Source: Escherichia coli (GTDB taxonomy: Bacteria; Pseudomonadota; Gammaproteobacteria; Enterobacterales; Enterobacteriaceae). From it: a stretch of 39,980 bases of DNA. The translations under genes were made by a program, and so were the position numbers. The notes under the pieces were generated by a model, which saw only the letters and a list, made by a program, of their open reading frames with translations, had not been told where the DNA came from and made no database searches. Where the stretch lies: assembly GCF_003334405.1 (NCBI RefSeq), contig NZ_QOWM01000025.1, one strand, 5' to 3'. Below are positions 10,380-19,900 of the stretch, one piece after another (the first letter of the stretch is position 1; each line of letters starts with the position of its first letter).

Positions 10380-11027
10380 ATGACAGCAGAATTTATTATA
10401 CGTCTTATACTCGCGGCAATTGCCTGTGGCGCTATTGGCATGGAAAGGCAAATGCGCGGCAAAGGAGCAGGGTTACGCACACATGTATTAATTGGCATGG
10501 GAAGCGCCCTGTTTATGATTGTTTCGAAATATGGTTTTGCTGACGTGCTGTCTTTAGATCACGTCGGACTCGACCCCAGCCGTATTGCTGCTCAGGTGGT
10601 GACGGGCGTCGGGTTTATCGGTGCAGGTAACATTCTCGTTCGTAACCAAAATATTGTAGGTCTGACGACGGCAGCGGATATCTGGGTGACCGCCGCCATA
10701 GGTATGGTTATTGGCAGCGGTATGTACGAACTGGGTATTTATGGTTCAGTGATGACCTTGTTGGTGCTGGAAGTCTTCCATCAATTAACCTTCCGCCTGA
10801 TGAACAAAAATTACCATTTACAGCTGACATTAGTGAACGGTAATACGGTATCAATGCTCGACTGGTTTAAGCAGCAAAAAATAAAAACTGATTTAGTTTC
10901 GTTGCAGGAAAATGAAGATCATGAAGTGGTCGCCATTGATATCCAGCTTCATGCCACAACGTCGATAGAAGACCTGTTGCGATTATTAAAAGGTATGGCA
11001 GGGGTGAAAGGCGTTTCAATTAGCTAA
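10380..11027 (+). CDS. yhiD: MgtC/SapB-family inner membrane protein (215 aa)
   Basis: Start trimmed to MTAEFIIRLILAAIACGAIGMERQ…; hydrophobic N-terminal domain typical of the MgtC family. Confidence 0.85.
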   Translation: MTAEFIIRLILAAIACGAIGMERQMRGKGAGLRTHVLIGMGSALFMIVSKYGFADVLSLDHVGLDPSRIAAQVVTGVGFIGAGNILVRNQNIVGLTTAADIWVTAAIGMVIGSGMYELGIYGSVMTLLVLEVFHQLTFRLMNKNYHLQLTLVNGNTVSMLDWFKQQKIKTDLVSLQENEDHEVVAIDIQLHATTSIEDLLRLLKGMAGVKGVSIS

Positions 11028-11068
11028 TCTGTGTGGCAGCGTAGCCAGACTCACCGTAAGCCTGAAAT

Positions 11069-11599
11069 TCACACCAGATAATCAATATGCTGATGGCGTA
11101 CCAGCTCATTGATCCGCTTAAGATTGAGGATCATCATGATATTGTGTTTATGGCAGTAGAACGTTTTTAGCGATATTTTCAGTTTCTCCAGAATATCTTC
11201 CGTTGTCATTTGATTCGCAATGCAGCTCAGAACCTGATGTTGCTTGCGCGAAAGTGACACAGCCGCTTCAGGCACAGAGCAGTAACTGCCATTGATGAGT
11301 GCGACAAAATCAATGATAGTGATAGTCCGCGGAACAAAGGTCACCGGCACTTTCCCCAGGCAGCGTTTAATATTAAAGGGGGAGAAAATAATGACATGGA
11401 CAGGTTTTAATCGTTCAATTTGAGTGAGAAAATTAGAATGAAATACATTATTCATTAATGTATCAATAATGACGAAGGCATTCTGATGCAACATTACGTC
11501 GATCTCTTCTTCGTTCTGTATATGAACGACATTACCTTTACTCAGAATGTTTTTCATCGCGGTGAAGAACATCGTATCCCTGGTAATTATAAGAAACAT
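11069..11599 (-). CDS. dctR: LuxR-family transcriptional regulator DctR/YhiF (176 aa)
   Basis: 176-aa ORF with C-terminal LuxR-type HTH; position between yhiD and slp. Confidence 0.85.
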   Translation of the reverse strand: MFLIITRDTMFFTAMKNILSKGNVVHIQNEEEIDVMLHQNAFVIIDTLMNNVFHSNFLTQIERLKPVHVIIFSPFNIKRCLGKVPVTFVPRTITIIDFVALINGSYCSVPEAAVSLSRKQHQVLSCIANQMTTEDILEKLKISLKTFYCHKHNIMMILNLKRINELVRHQHIDYLV

Positions 11600-11754
11600 A
11601 ACCGACTCCTGGTGCGGACATTAACTTTATAATCAGTTTGCCAAAGGTAATTAACAGGACAGGGCTTATAATAATAATAGTTAGCTTACTGTGTATTAAT
11701 TTGATGTAATGCATGATGCAGATGCTGAGAAAGCATCTGCATCTTTCGGTGGTG

Positions 11755-12321
11755 TTATTTGACCAGCTCAGGTGTTACCTGACTCACCGCATTGGTGTAG
11801 TAAGGCGCACCCCAGCCCGGTTCCGGCCAGAATGCACCATAGCCGTAATCCCACAGGTTATAGGTGGTATTAACCACTTCTCTCAAATGCCACACCTGGA
11901 TGCCCTGCATATTCACTTCCAGGAAGTTATACGGGACTTTATTGATAAAGCCAGGTTGTTCACCCTGAATGGTGCCGAGGATGGTAACAAAGTGATTACG
12001 ATAGTTCACTGGATCAAGGAAGCCGCTTTGTCTGGCGAGCAGTCGGCCCTGATAGTTGGCTTCAATATCAGGCTTCGCATAGCTATCCAACGGTAATACA
12101 GCGATTTCTAACAACGTATCCGTTTTGCCATTGATAACGTTGATAACCTTCCCACCAAAGCGCGCTTGTTGACCAACATATAACCCCGGCTGGTTATGAA
12201 CAGCAACAAAACTTTTTTGAATATCAGGTTGGTTATTGCCTTTGATATTTTGCGGAATTGAACTACATGCGGCAAGCAAAAATGAAAGGCTGAGGATGAG
12301 TGCACCTTTTGTCATGTTCAT
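11755..12321 (-). CDS. slp: Starvation-inducible outer membrane lipoprotein Slp (188 aa)
   Basis: ORF track start trimmed to MNMTKGALILSLSFLLAACSS… (lipobox LAAC); length 188 aa. Confidence 0.88.
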   Translation of the reverse strand: MNMTKGALILSLSFLLAACSSIPQNIKGNNQPDIQKSFVAVHNQPGLYVGQQARFGGKVINVINGKTDTLLEIAVLPLDSYAKPDIEANYQGRLLARQSGFLDPVNYRNHFVTILGTIQGEQPGFINKVPYNFLEVNMQGIQVWHLREVVNTTYNLWDYGYGAFWPEPGWGAPYYTNAVSQVTPELVK

Positions 12322-12568
12322 GTTACTATCCTTATCAACAAATATTAAAACCATAATAGATATTTCTTTATAGTTTTCATCTGATTCTGAGGTGATATGC
12401 CTGATAGTAACGTAAACCTGTCTGATGTTTATATCCTTTCTGTTTAGGTGAACTCAGTTAATTTTGGGGCGTGACATGAATATCCATCACCCCATAATAT
12501 AGTGCATTGTTTTAAAAGTACATAAAATCTATTTTTATTCAATGATTATAAAGTGCTAATAATCAATA

Positions 12569-13792
12569 TTATGGTATTATATTCTGGTAATGATTTGATA
12601 AGCGAATTCTTTTACCAGATGGTATTTCTATTTCCACCCCATAATTTATATCTTTTTCATTAGGCAGTGGCCTCTTTAAATAAGGCGTGTGTGACATTTT
12701 TTTTGGGTTAAGCGTCTCGTATTGAAATACTTCGAATTGATATTCAGACATTTCTGCCCATGTTTGAATTTTATTGTATCGGGAGAGTGTCGTAAAGGCT
12801 TTAACTTGCTTATAACATTGTTTTTGGAATTCTTGCTGATATTTTAATATGTCATTGTATGAAAGATTGGTTATCCTGGCCTCTAAAAATTTAATTATTG
12901 CCGAAGCAATTTCCGCTTTTGCTCGTAAAAGGTTGTCATTAATGGTTAATAATGTTGAAAATAAACCTTCGATTTGTTTGTCAAGATATTGTCCATCTTT
13001 ATATAATTTGGGGGTAGGGTGTTCTTTATGTAAAAAAATAGTGTCACCTAAATTTGCGTCAGTGAAATTTATATTAAGTAGATCTTCGAAATAAAACCTT
13101 GACAAGGTTAGAACGAACCCGGACAGGTTCTGTCCTGTCATATTGAAATCAATAAAGTTGGTTCCGGCAAAGACTTTCATCCTGTTTTTATTTTCACTGT
13201 GCTCAATATATAACTTCGTCATTTTTTGATACAGGCTTTGAATATCTTTTATATTAGTTGGTAAGTCAGCTCGTTGTTCAGCAATAAAATTAGTATCTGA
13301 AAACATGGTTTGGACACTGAATGTTATGGGTATTCCCTCTTCTACGCTAATTTTAGTTATGATTGCCTTGTCGGGTTTAGGATTAGCGATAACAATGATT
13401 CGACATTCAGCACTTTTGTTTTTTTCATATCTAATGTTATTAATCTGATTAAGTATTGATTGTGTCTGTTGCGTAAGTTGTGTCGAACTTATCGTTTCAA
13501 TGTTAGTAATAAGACTTACAAGTTGAGCCACAACTTTTGAGTAGTCTGCATTTGTATATGTAGTGTTCGTGTGGCACGCATTAATTTGTTGAAGTTGGTG
13601 TTGCGCTAAATCATATTGATCAGAGATATATCCTTCTCCAGAGAATGTGGAATTAATGGGTTGTTGTTCTTCCCAATTATCGCAAGGCCACTTCGGTGTG
13701 TCTGGCGTTTTAGCATTATCGGTATTTGTTGTGCAGTTATAAATATCGCCGTGATATGTATTTATTATACCTGGGGTAAAGTCAATTGACAT
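12569..13792 (-). CDS. yhiS: Uncharacterised AT-rich protein YhiS, intact 407-aa ORF
   Basis: Single uninterrupted 407-aa ORF between slp and arsC; very AT-rich; no IS5 sequence present. Function unknown. Confidence 0.75.
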
Positions 13793-14271
13793 AAAATTCC
13801 TTATTCATCATTTGTTTTATGCTAAGATGTTTAAATTGGATAATTAGAACAGGAATGGATTTTCTTCTACACACAATAAATGTAATGCGTTATATCTTCC
13901 TGATATAATTACCTTTGATTTCCCTTTTATCTCCACCCGGTAATATTTGTGTGTAAAAAAAGGGTAGTGATAGTATCGTAAAGGAAATCGTTAACAACTA
14001 TCAAAATGCGCTCATTTTAAAAAGTTATTATGTTCTCTGATAGTGTGTGAAGTGATTTTTTTTGTGATGTTTTAGATGTGTAATAATAAAATGGGTTAAG
14101 GTATCTTATAATTATTTAATAATTTGTTGTGTAAACCACTGATAAATCATAATCCAGTACGTCTTTAAACTACTGCGCTGTATCGCTGATAACTAAGCAG
14201 CTCACTGATACACCATGCTGGACGCGATAATTGGAATCTCACGCAGGGAGTACTGTGTAAATAGCAAAATC

Positions 14272-14373
14272 GCCTGATGCGCTACGCCTGTCAGGCCTAC
14301 AAATAACATACTATTCATCGAATTTTCATAACTTTGTAGGTCGGATAAGACGCGCCAGCGTCGCATCCGACAT
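14272..14373. repeat. REP/BIME palindromic unit pair (gcctgatgcgctacgcctgtcaggcctac … gtaggtcggataagacgcgccagcgtcgcatccgac)
   Basis: Canonical enterobacterial REP consensus in head-to-head arrangement in the yhiS-arsC gap. Confidence 0.7.
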
Positions 14374-14420
14374 AAATAAAGCGCACTTTTCTAACAACCT
14401 GTGGGGGGGATATCGCCGCT

Positions 14421-14846
14421 TTATTTCAGGCGCTTACCCGCTTCATCAACCACTTTCTCGCCATCTTCCTTGGAGAATGCGCCTTTTTGCGCATCTGGCA
14501 GAATTTCCAGCACCACTTCTGAAGGGCGGCACAGGCGAGTTCCCAGCGGCGTCACCACAATCGGGCGATTAATCAGAATCGGGTGCTGAAGCATAAAGTC
14601 GATTAACCGATCGTCAGTAAATTTATCTTCCGCAAGGCCCAGCTCCTCATACGGTTCGACGTTTTTACGCAGCAGCGCGCGTACGGAAATCCCCATATCG
14701 GCAATGAGTTTGACCAGTTCATCGCGCGTTGGCGGAGTTTCCAGATAATGGATAATGGTCGGTTCTGTGCCGCTGTTGCGGATCATCTCCAGCGTATTAC
14801 GCGACGTGCCGCAGGCCGGGTTGTGATAAATGGTAATGTTGCTCAT
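14421..14846 (-). CDS. arsC: Arsenate reductase, glutaredoxin-coupled (141 aa)
   Basis: 141-aa ORF MSNITIYHNPACGTSRNTLEMIRN… with the catalytic Cys in the HNPACGTSR motif. Confidence 0.92.
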   Translation of the reverse strand: MSNITIYHNPACGTSRNTLEMIRNSGTEPTIIHYLETPPTRDELVKLIADMGISVRALLRKNVEPYEELGLAEDKFTDDRLIDFMLQHPILINRPIVVTPLGTRLCRPSEVVLEILPDAQKGAFSKEDGEKVVDEAGKRLK

Positions 14847-14858
14847 ATCAGTATCTCA

Positions 14859-16148
14859 TTACAAAGTGAAAGAGAGACGTAGCGCCAGCGCAGCCAGCGT
14901 CACAAACAGCACAGGCAGGGTCATGATAATCCCTGTACGGAAGTAATATCCCCAGCTGATAGTCATATTCTTCTGCGAAAGTACGTGCAGCCAGAGTAGC
15001 GTAGCCAGGCTACCAATTGGGGTAATTTTCGGTCCCAAATCGCAGCCAATCACATTGGCATAAACCATCGCTTCTTTGATAACGCCAGATGCCGTGCTGC
15101 CATCAATGGACAACGCGCCAACCAGTACCGTCGGCATATTGTTCATAATAGAAGAGAGGAAGGCGGTGAGGAATCCGGTGCCGAGCGTCGCGGCCCACAG
15201 GCCGTTATCCGCCAGCACGTTGAGTACGCCAGAAAGATATTCCGTTAATCCGGCATTGCGCAGGCCATAAACCACCAGATACATGCCGAGCGAGAAGATG
15301 ACAATCTGCCAGGGGGCACCGCGCAGGACTTTACCCGTATTAATCGCATGACCGCGTTTAGCGACGACAAATAATATCAGCGCGCCCACAGCTGCAATGG
15401 CGCTCACCGGAATGCCGAGCGGTTCCAGGACGAAAAATCCCACCAGCAGAAGCAGTAAAACAACCCAGCCAGTTTTGAACGTAGCAGGATCTTTGATCGC
15501 TTCTGCGGGAGATTTCAGCAGCGCCATATCGTAGTTCTGCGGAATATCTTTGCGAAAATAGAGATGTAACATCACCAGCGTGGCAACAATCGCGGCGATA
15601 TCCACCGGCACCATCACCGAGGCGTATTCGCGAAAGCCGAGGCCAAAGAAATCAGCGGAAACGATATTCACCAGGTTGGAGACAATAAGCGGCAGGCTGG
15701 CGGTATCGGCAATGAATCCGGCCGCCATCACGAACGCCAGCGTAGTGCCTTTACTGAACCCTAAAGCCAGCAGCATGGCGATGACAATCGGTGTCAAAAT
15801 AAGCGCCGCGCCATCATTGGCAAACAGGGCGGCAACGGCAGCACCGAGCAGGACAATCCAGGTAAACAGCAAGCGACCACGACCATTACCCCAGCGTGAG
15901 ACGTGCAGCGCCGCCCATTCAAAAAAGCCGGACTCATCCAGCAGCAGGCTGATGATAATGACGGCGATAAACGCAGCCGTCGCGTTCCAGACGATATTCC
16001 ACACCACCGGAATATCACCCGGATGGACCACGCCCGTAACTAACGCCAGTACTGCGCCGAGCGTTGCACTCCAGCCGATGCCTAAACCTTTCGGCTGCTA
16101 GATAACCAATACGATGGTCAGGACAAAGATAGCGCCTGCCAGTAACAT
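14859..16148 (-). pseudogene. arsB: Arsenite efflux pump ArsB interrupted by an in-frame amber codon at codon 17 (TAG at 16098-16100); remaining frame intact for 412 codons
   Basis: Minus strand from ATG (16148-16146) reads [51 protein letters not shown]… and continues in frame to the stop at 14859; total 429 codons as for full-length ArsB. The ORF track reports only the 390-aa remainder from GTG at 16031. Confidence 0.7.
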
Positions 16149-16201
16149 AATGCCTCCCGGATAAAACACATCTGAAAATTCATATGTGTTTAGCTAAATT
16201 T

Positions 16202-16555
16202 TTAACTGCAAATGTTCTTACTGTCCCCGGAACAGTTTTGTCGAGCCAGGTTGCGGACAATCGCCTGAACCTTTTCCTGTTCACATCGCCAGGCCTCATC
16301 AATAATTTTCGCCGCCCATGCTGGAATATGCGGTGATAAGCGGTAATGAACCCACTTACCTTGCTTGCGGTCCAGCAATAGCCCGCTTTCACGCAGCAAT
16401 GCCAGGTGGCGGGAGATCTTGGGCTGCGACTGGTCGAGAGCAGTGCAGAGATCGCAGACGCATAACTCTCCCAGTTCGCTGAGCAGTAAAACGATGCCCA
16501 GACGGGTTTCATCAGCAAGAATTTTGAACAATTGGATGGGTAACAGAAATGACAT
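16202..16555 (-). CDS. arsR: Arsenic-responsive ArsR/SmtB-family repressor (117 aa)
   Basis: 117-aa ORF with the metalloid-binding ELCVCDLC motif and winged HTH. Confidence 0.92.
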   Translation of the reverse strand: MSFLLPIQLFKILADETRLGIVLLLSELGELCVCDLCTALDQSQPKISRHLALLRESGLLLDRKQGKWVHYRLSPHIPAWAAKIIDEAWRCEQEKVQAIVRNLARQNCSGDSKNICS

Positions 16556-16569
16556 ATTGCGCTCCTGAT

Positions 16570-16625
16570 TGTTGCAGGTAGTGTCTCTCTTCGAAGCGGA
16601 TAAGTCAAAAACATATATGACTTAA
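16570..16625 (-). promoter_or_regulatory. ars promoter/operator (ArsR binding region)
   Basis: Minus-strand sequence …TTAAGTCATATATGTTTTTGACTTATCCGCTTCGAAGAGAGACACTACCTGCAACAATC… closely resembles the ArsR operator/promoter as I recall it from ars operons; contains a TTGACT -35-like hexamer. Confidence 0.55.
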
Positions 16626-16707
16626 CGAATGTGTAAGTGCAGAGGAAGGTAATAGGTGTGAATTTTGAGTTGGCTATTCATTTGAAAGGAGGTCTGAATC
16701 AGGACGT

Positions 16708-16789
16708 AAAAAAACCGACTTTGCGTCGGTTTTTTACTTTCCAGCCCTGAGTTGGTGGCTCTGGCTGGAGTGAGAGAGTTCTTATCTAA
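16708..16789 (-). ncRNA. agrB: AgrB antisense sRNA (repeat copy 1; ends in hairpin ccgacgcaaagtcgg + U-run on the minus strand)
   Basis: About 85-nt unit directly repeated at 16936-17020 (about 90% identity); contains a segment complementary to the dinQ 5' region (copy at 17188-17220); intrinsic terminator at the low-coordinate end. Confidence 0.55.
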
Positions 16790-16935
16790 CAGCTCAATAC
16801 TATTAGCCAGTGGCTAACATTGCAAGAATTAGCGATTTCTTCAGCTGGCGGAGGGAGCACTTCGGTATATATCGCAGTGACGATTTATATACTTTCACTG
16901 GGTCATCGTCATATTAAGCCTTGTCCGAATCCGGA

Positions 16936-17020
16936 TGTAAAAAAACCGACTTTGCGTCGGTTTTTTACTTTCCAGCCCTGAGTTGGTGGCTCTGACTGGA
17001 GTGAGATAGCCATCATCTAA
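16936..17020 (-). ncRNA. agrA: AgrA antisense sRNA (repeat copy 2)
   Basis: Second copy of the about 85-nt unit with the same terminator hairpin (16942-16966); the dinQ-complementary segment is diverged from copy 1 (ctctgactggagtgagatagccatcatctaac). Confidence 0.55.
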
Positions 17021-17083
17021 CGCATCAATGCTAATACCATACTGAAACTATTGCAAGGACGTGCTGGTTTTATAACCTGCATG

Positions 17084-17103
17084 TACTGTATGATTATCCA
17101 GTT
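17084..17103 (+). promoter_or_regulatory. LexA (SOS) box-like site taCTGTatgattatCCAGtt upstream of dinQ
   Basis: CTGT-N8-CCAG spacing close to the LexA consensus CTGT-N8-ACAG; lies about 190 bp upstream of the dinQ start codon. Confidence 0.5.
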
Positions 17104-17294
17104 AGCTCTGAGGCATTTTCACTCTGGCAATGCGCATAAACGCTTTCAAAGTCCTGGTCAGAAGTACGGGTGGTGCCGTTAACTGATGCTCTGGCCGGAG
17201 TGAGAGAGTTCTTATCTAACAATGAGACATGCGCCGTGACAGGCAGTGGATGAGTAAGCGGATGCATTCTCACTCCATCGCATGGAGAAAACGG

Positions 17295-17378
17295 GTGATT
17301 GATAAAGCAATCATCGTTCTAGGGGCGTTAATTGCGCTGCTGGAACTGATCCGCTTTCTGCTTCAGCTTCTGAACTGA
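17295..17378 (+). CDS. dinQ: DinQ small hydrophobic toxin peptide (27 aa, GTG start): MIDKAIIVLGALIALLELIRFLLQLLN
   Basis: Short ORF encoding a single-TM peptide in the arsR-gor gap, preceded by the agr-complementary segment at 17188-17220; the peptide matches my memory of DinQ. Confidence 0.6.
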   Translation: MIDKAIIVLGALIALLELIRFLLQLLN

Positions 17379-17394
17379 TAGCGGAAACGTAATT

Positions 17395-17425
17395 AAGGGC
17401 TAAGAGCACACTACTCTTAGCCCTT
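17395..17425. terminator. Hairpin between convergent dinQ and gor (aagggctaagag / ctcttagccctt)
   Basis: 12-bp perfect stem with 7-nt loop between the dinQ stop (17378) and gor stop (17432); U-tracts are weak. Confidence 0.4.
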
Positions 17426-17431
17426 TAACAT

Positions 17432-18784
17432 TTAACGCATTGTCACGAACTCTTCTGCCGCCGTTGGGTGAATGGCGACGGTATTGTCGAAGTCTTTTTT
17501 GGTTGCCCCCATCTTCAGCGCCACCGCGAAGCCCTGCAACATTTCGTCCATACCAAAGCCAATGCCGTGAATACCGACAATCTTCTCTTCCGATCCAACG
17601 CACACCAGCTTCATGCGGCACGGCTGGCGGTGAGTGGTGACGGCGGTATACATCGCGGTGAAAGAGGATTTATACACTTTCACCTGATCGTCGCCATACT
17701 GCTCGCGCGCCTGCGGTTCCGTTAAACCAACAGTACCAATCGGCGGATGGCTGAAGACCACGGTCGGAATGTTGCTGTAATCCAGATGCTCATCCGGCTT
17801 GTTATTAAACAGGCGTTCAGAGAGACGGCGACCCGCTGCAACTGCCACCGGTGTCAGCTCCACTGCACCCGTGTTATCGCCCACCGCGTAAATACCTTCA
17901 ATATTGGTGTTTTGATATTTATCGACGACGATATAGCCTTTTTCGTTAGTTTTAACGCCAGCGGCTTCCAGGTTGATGTTGTCATTGGCAGGCTCGCGAC
18001 CAATCGCCCAAATCAGGCAATCCACCGTTTCACTGCGACCATCTTCCAGCTCCAGCGTCAGGCTACCATCGGCATTTTTCACTACCGCTTTCGGGATGGC
18101 GTTGGTGTGCAGCTGCGGGCCTTCGGCGTTCATCACTTCGACCAGCGTTTCGGAAATCATCGGGTCGAAGCTGCGCAGCGGCGCATGTTTACGCACAAAC
18201 AGATGCGTTTTCGCGCCGAGGCCGTTAATCACGCCCGCCAGCTCAACGGCGATGTAACCCGCGCCAACAACCGCCACGCGCTCTGGCAAAGCAGGAAGGG
18301 CGAAGAAGCCATCAGAATCAATACCGTATTCCACGCCCGGAATATCCGGGTGGCTCGGACGACCGCCTGTGGCGATCAGAATATGATCGGCCGTGATGGT
18401 TTCGCCGTTTACCTCCAGCGTTTTGGCATCAACGAAGCGGGCAAAGCCTTTGATTACATCAACGTTATTTTTACCGAGCACGTTTTCATAGGAAGTATGA
18501 ATACGGTCGATATAGGCGGTACGGCTGGCGATCAACGTTTCCCAGTTGAATTTATTGATAGTGGTATCAAAACCATAATCCGGGCCGTACATATGGATCG
18601 CTTCACGGATTTGCGCCGCGTGCCACATCACTTTTTTCGGCACACAGCCAACATTTACGCAGGTGCCGCCCAGCTCTTTGGCTTCAATCAGCGCACATTT
18701 CTGGCCGTACATAGCCGCGCGGTTGATGGAGGCGATACCGCCGCTGCCGCCGCCGATGGCGATGTAATCATAGTGTTTAGTCAT
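17432..18784 (-). CDS. gor: Glutathione reductase (450 aa)
   Basis: 450-aa ORF with FAD-binding GxGxxG (IGGGSGG) and redox-active disulfide motif [13 protein letters not shown]. Confidence 0.93.
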   Translation of the reverse strand: MTKHYDYIAIGGGSGGIASINRAAMYGQKCALIEAKELGGTCVNVGCVPKKVMWHAAQIREAIHMYGPDYGFDTTINKFNWETLIASRTAYIDRIHTSYENVLGKNNVDVIKGFARFVDAKTLEVNGETITADHILIATGGRPSHPDIPGVEYGIDSDGFFALPALPERVAVVGAGYIAVELAGVINGLGAKTHLFVRKHAPLRSFDPMISETLVEVMNAEGPQLHTNAIPKAVVKNADGSLTLELEDGRSETVDCLIWAIGREPANDNINLEAAGVKTNEKGYIVVDKYQNTNIEGIYAVGDNTGAVELTPVAVAAGRRLSERLFNNKPDEHLDYSNIPTVVFSHPPIGTVGLTEPQAREQYGDDQVKVYKSSFTAMYTAVTTHRQPCRMKLVCVGSEEKIVGIHGIGFGMDEMLQGFAVALKMGATKKDFDNTVAIHPTAAEEFVTMR

Positions 18785-18855
18785 GACAAAGTGTCCTTAT
18801 CGTTGATTACCGCGATTGTAGCGCGAGACGTAATAGGTGCCAGCAATGGCTGCAA

Positions 18856-19698
18856 TTACTCCGGCACGATCCAGCTTACGGTGGCGTGCCCGGTGCCTGC
18901 CGGAACCAGTTTGCTGTGCAGCCACGGCAGCACGTTATTCATCTGTTGTTCCAGTTTCCACGGCGGGTTAATCACAATCATGCCGGAAGCGGTCATGCCA
19001 CGGCGATCGCTGTCTGGCAGTACCGCCAGTTCAATTTGCAGAATTTTGCGAATACCGGTCGCTTCCAGATCGTGGATCATGCGCTTAATTTGCTGACGCA
19101 GCACCACCGGATACCACAGTGCGTAAATACCAGTGGCGAAACGTTTGTAACCTTCTGCTATCCCGCTGACCACCGCTTGATAGTCAGTTTTCATTTCATA
19201 CGGCGGGTCGATAAGGATTAAACCACGGCGGGAAACCGGCGGCAGTTTGGCCTTAAGCTGCTGGAAACCGTCGGCTTTTTCGACACGCGCACGGCTATCT
19301 TTCTGAAATTCAGAACGCAACAACGGGTAATCGCTCGGGTGCAGTTCGGTCAGTTGCAGGCTGTCCTGTTCACGCAGTAGCAGGCGAGCAATCAACGGCG
19401 AACCGGGGTAGTAACGCAACTGACCGCTACGGTTGAAGTGTTTTACCACATTGATGTACGCCTCCAGTTCTGCGGGCAAATCGTCCTGCTGCCAGATACG
19501 GGCGATGCCTTCGAGATATTCGCCGGTACGCTCGGCATGTTCGCTGCCTAACTGATAACGCCCGGCCCCTGCGTGGGTGTCGAGATAGAGAAACGGTTTA
19601 TCTTTCTCTTTCAGCGACTCGATGATCAGGCTCTGAACGGTATGTTTAAGGACGTCGGCGTGGTTGCCAGCGTGAAAGCTGTGGCGATAACTGAGCAT
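18856..19698 (-). CDS. rlmJ: 23S rRNA (adenine2030-N6)-methyltransferase RlmJ (280 aa)
   Basis: ORF track start trimmed to MLSYRHSFHAGNHADVLKH…; contains the DPPY methyltransferase motif (LILIDPPYE). Confidence 0.85.
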   Translation of the reverse strand: MLSYRHSFHAGNHADVLKHTVQSLIIESLKEKDKPFLYLDTHAGAGRYQLGSEHAERTGEYLEGIARIWQQDDLPAELEAYINVVKHFNRSGQLRYYPGSPLIARLLLREQDSLQLTELHPSDYPLLRSEFQKDSRARVEKADGFQQLKAKLPPVSRRGLILIDPPYEMKTDYQAVVSGIAEGYKRFATGIYALWYPVVLRQQIKRMIHDLEATGIRKILQIELAVLPDSDRRGMTASGMIVINPPWKLEQQMNNVLPWLHSKLVPAGTGHATVSWIVPE

Positions 19699-19900
19699 GG
19701 GTAAAGGTGTTCCGGTAAGTAAAAATCGGCCCGTATTCGGGGCGCACAAAAGCGTATCAGGACAGTATACCGAAAAGAGGCCGCCGCCGCGAAAGCGTAA
19801 CGTTTCTCATTGAAATTCACTACACTTAACCCCATGCTACACACATTATGTAAAGCGCCTGTTGAGCGCTTCCTTAACCTCTTTAACCAGGACTGCGCGA

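Noticed and set aside
16700-17220. Possible CRISPR array suggested by the repeated about 85-nt units
   Set aside because: Only two full copies plus one partial; units are long, separated by about 145 bp of unrelated sequence, carry their own terminators, and no cas genes are nearby. Fits the agrA/agrB sRNA duplication instead.
17747-19096. 449-aa plus-strand ORF antisense to gor and rlmJ
   Set aside because: Lies entirely opposite two well-supported genes in GC-rich sequence; the product is low-complexity (Arg/Ala/His-rich) with no recognisable motif. Typical shadow ORF.
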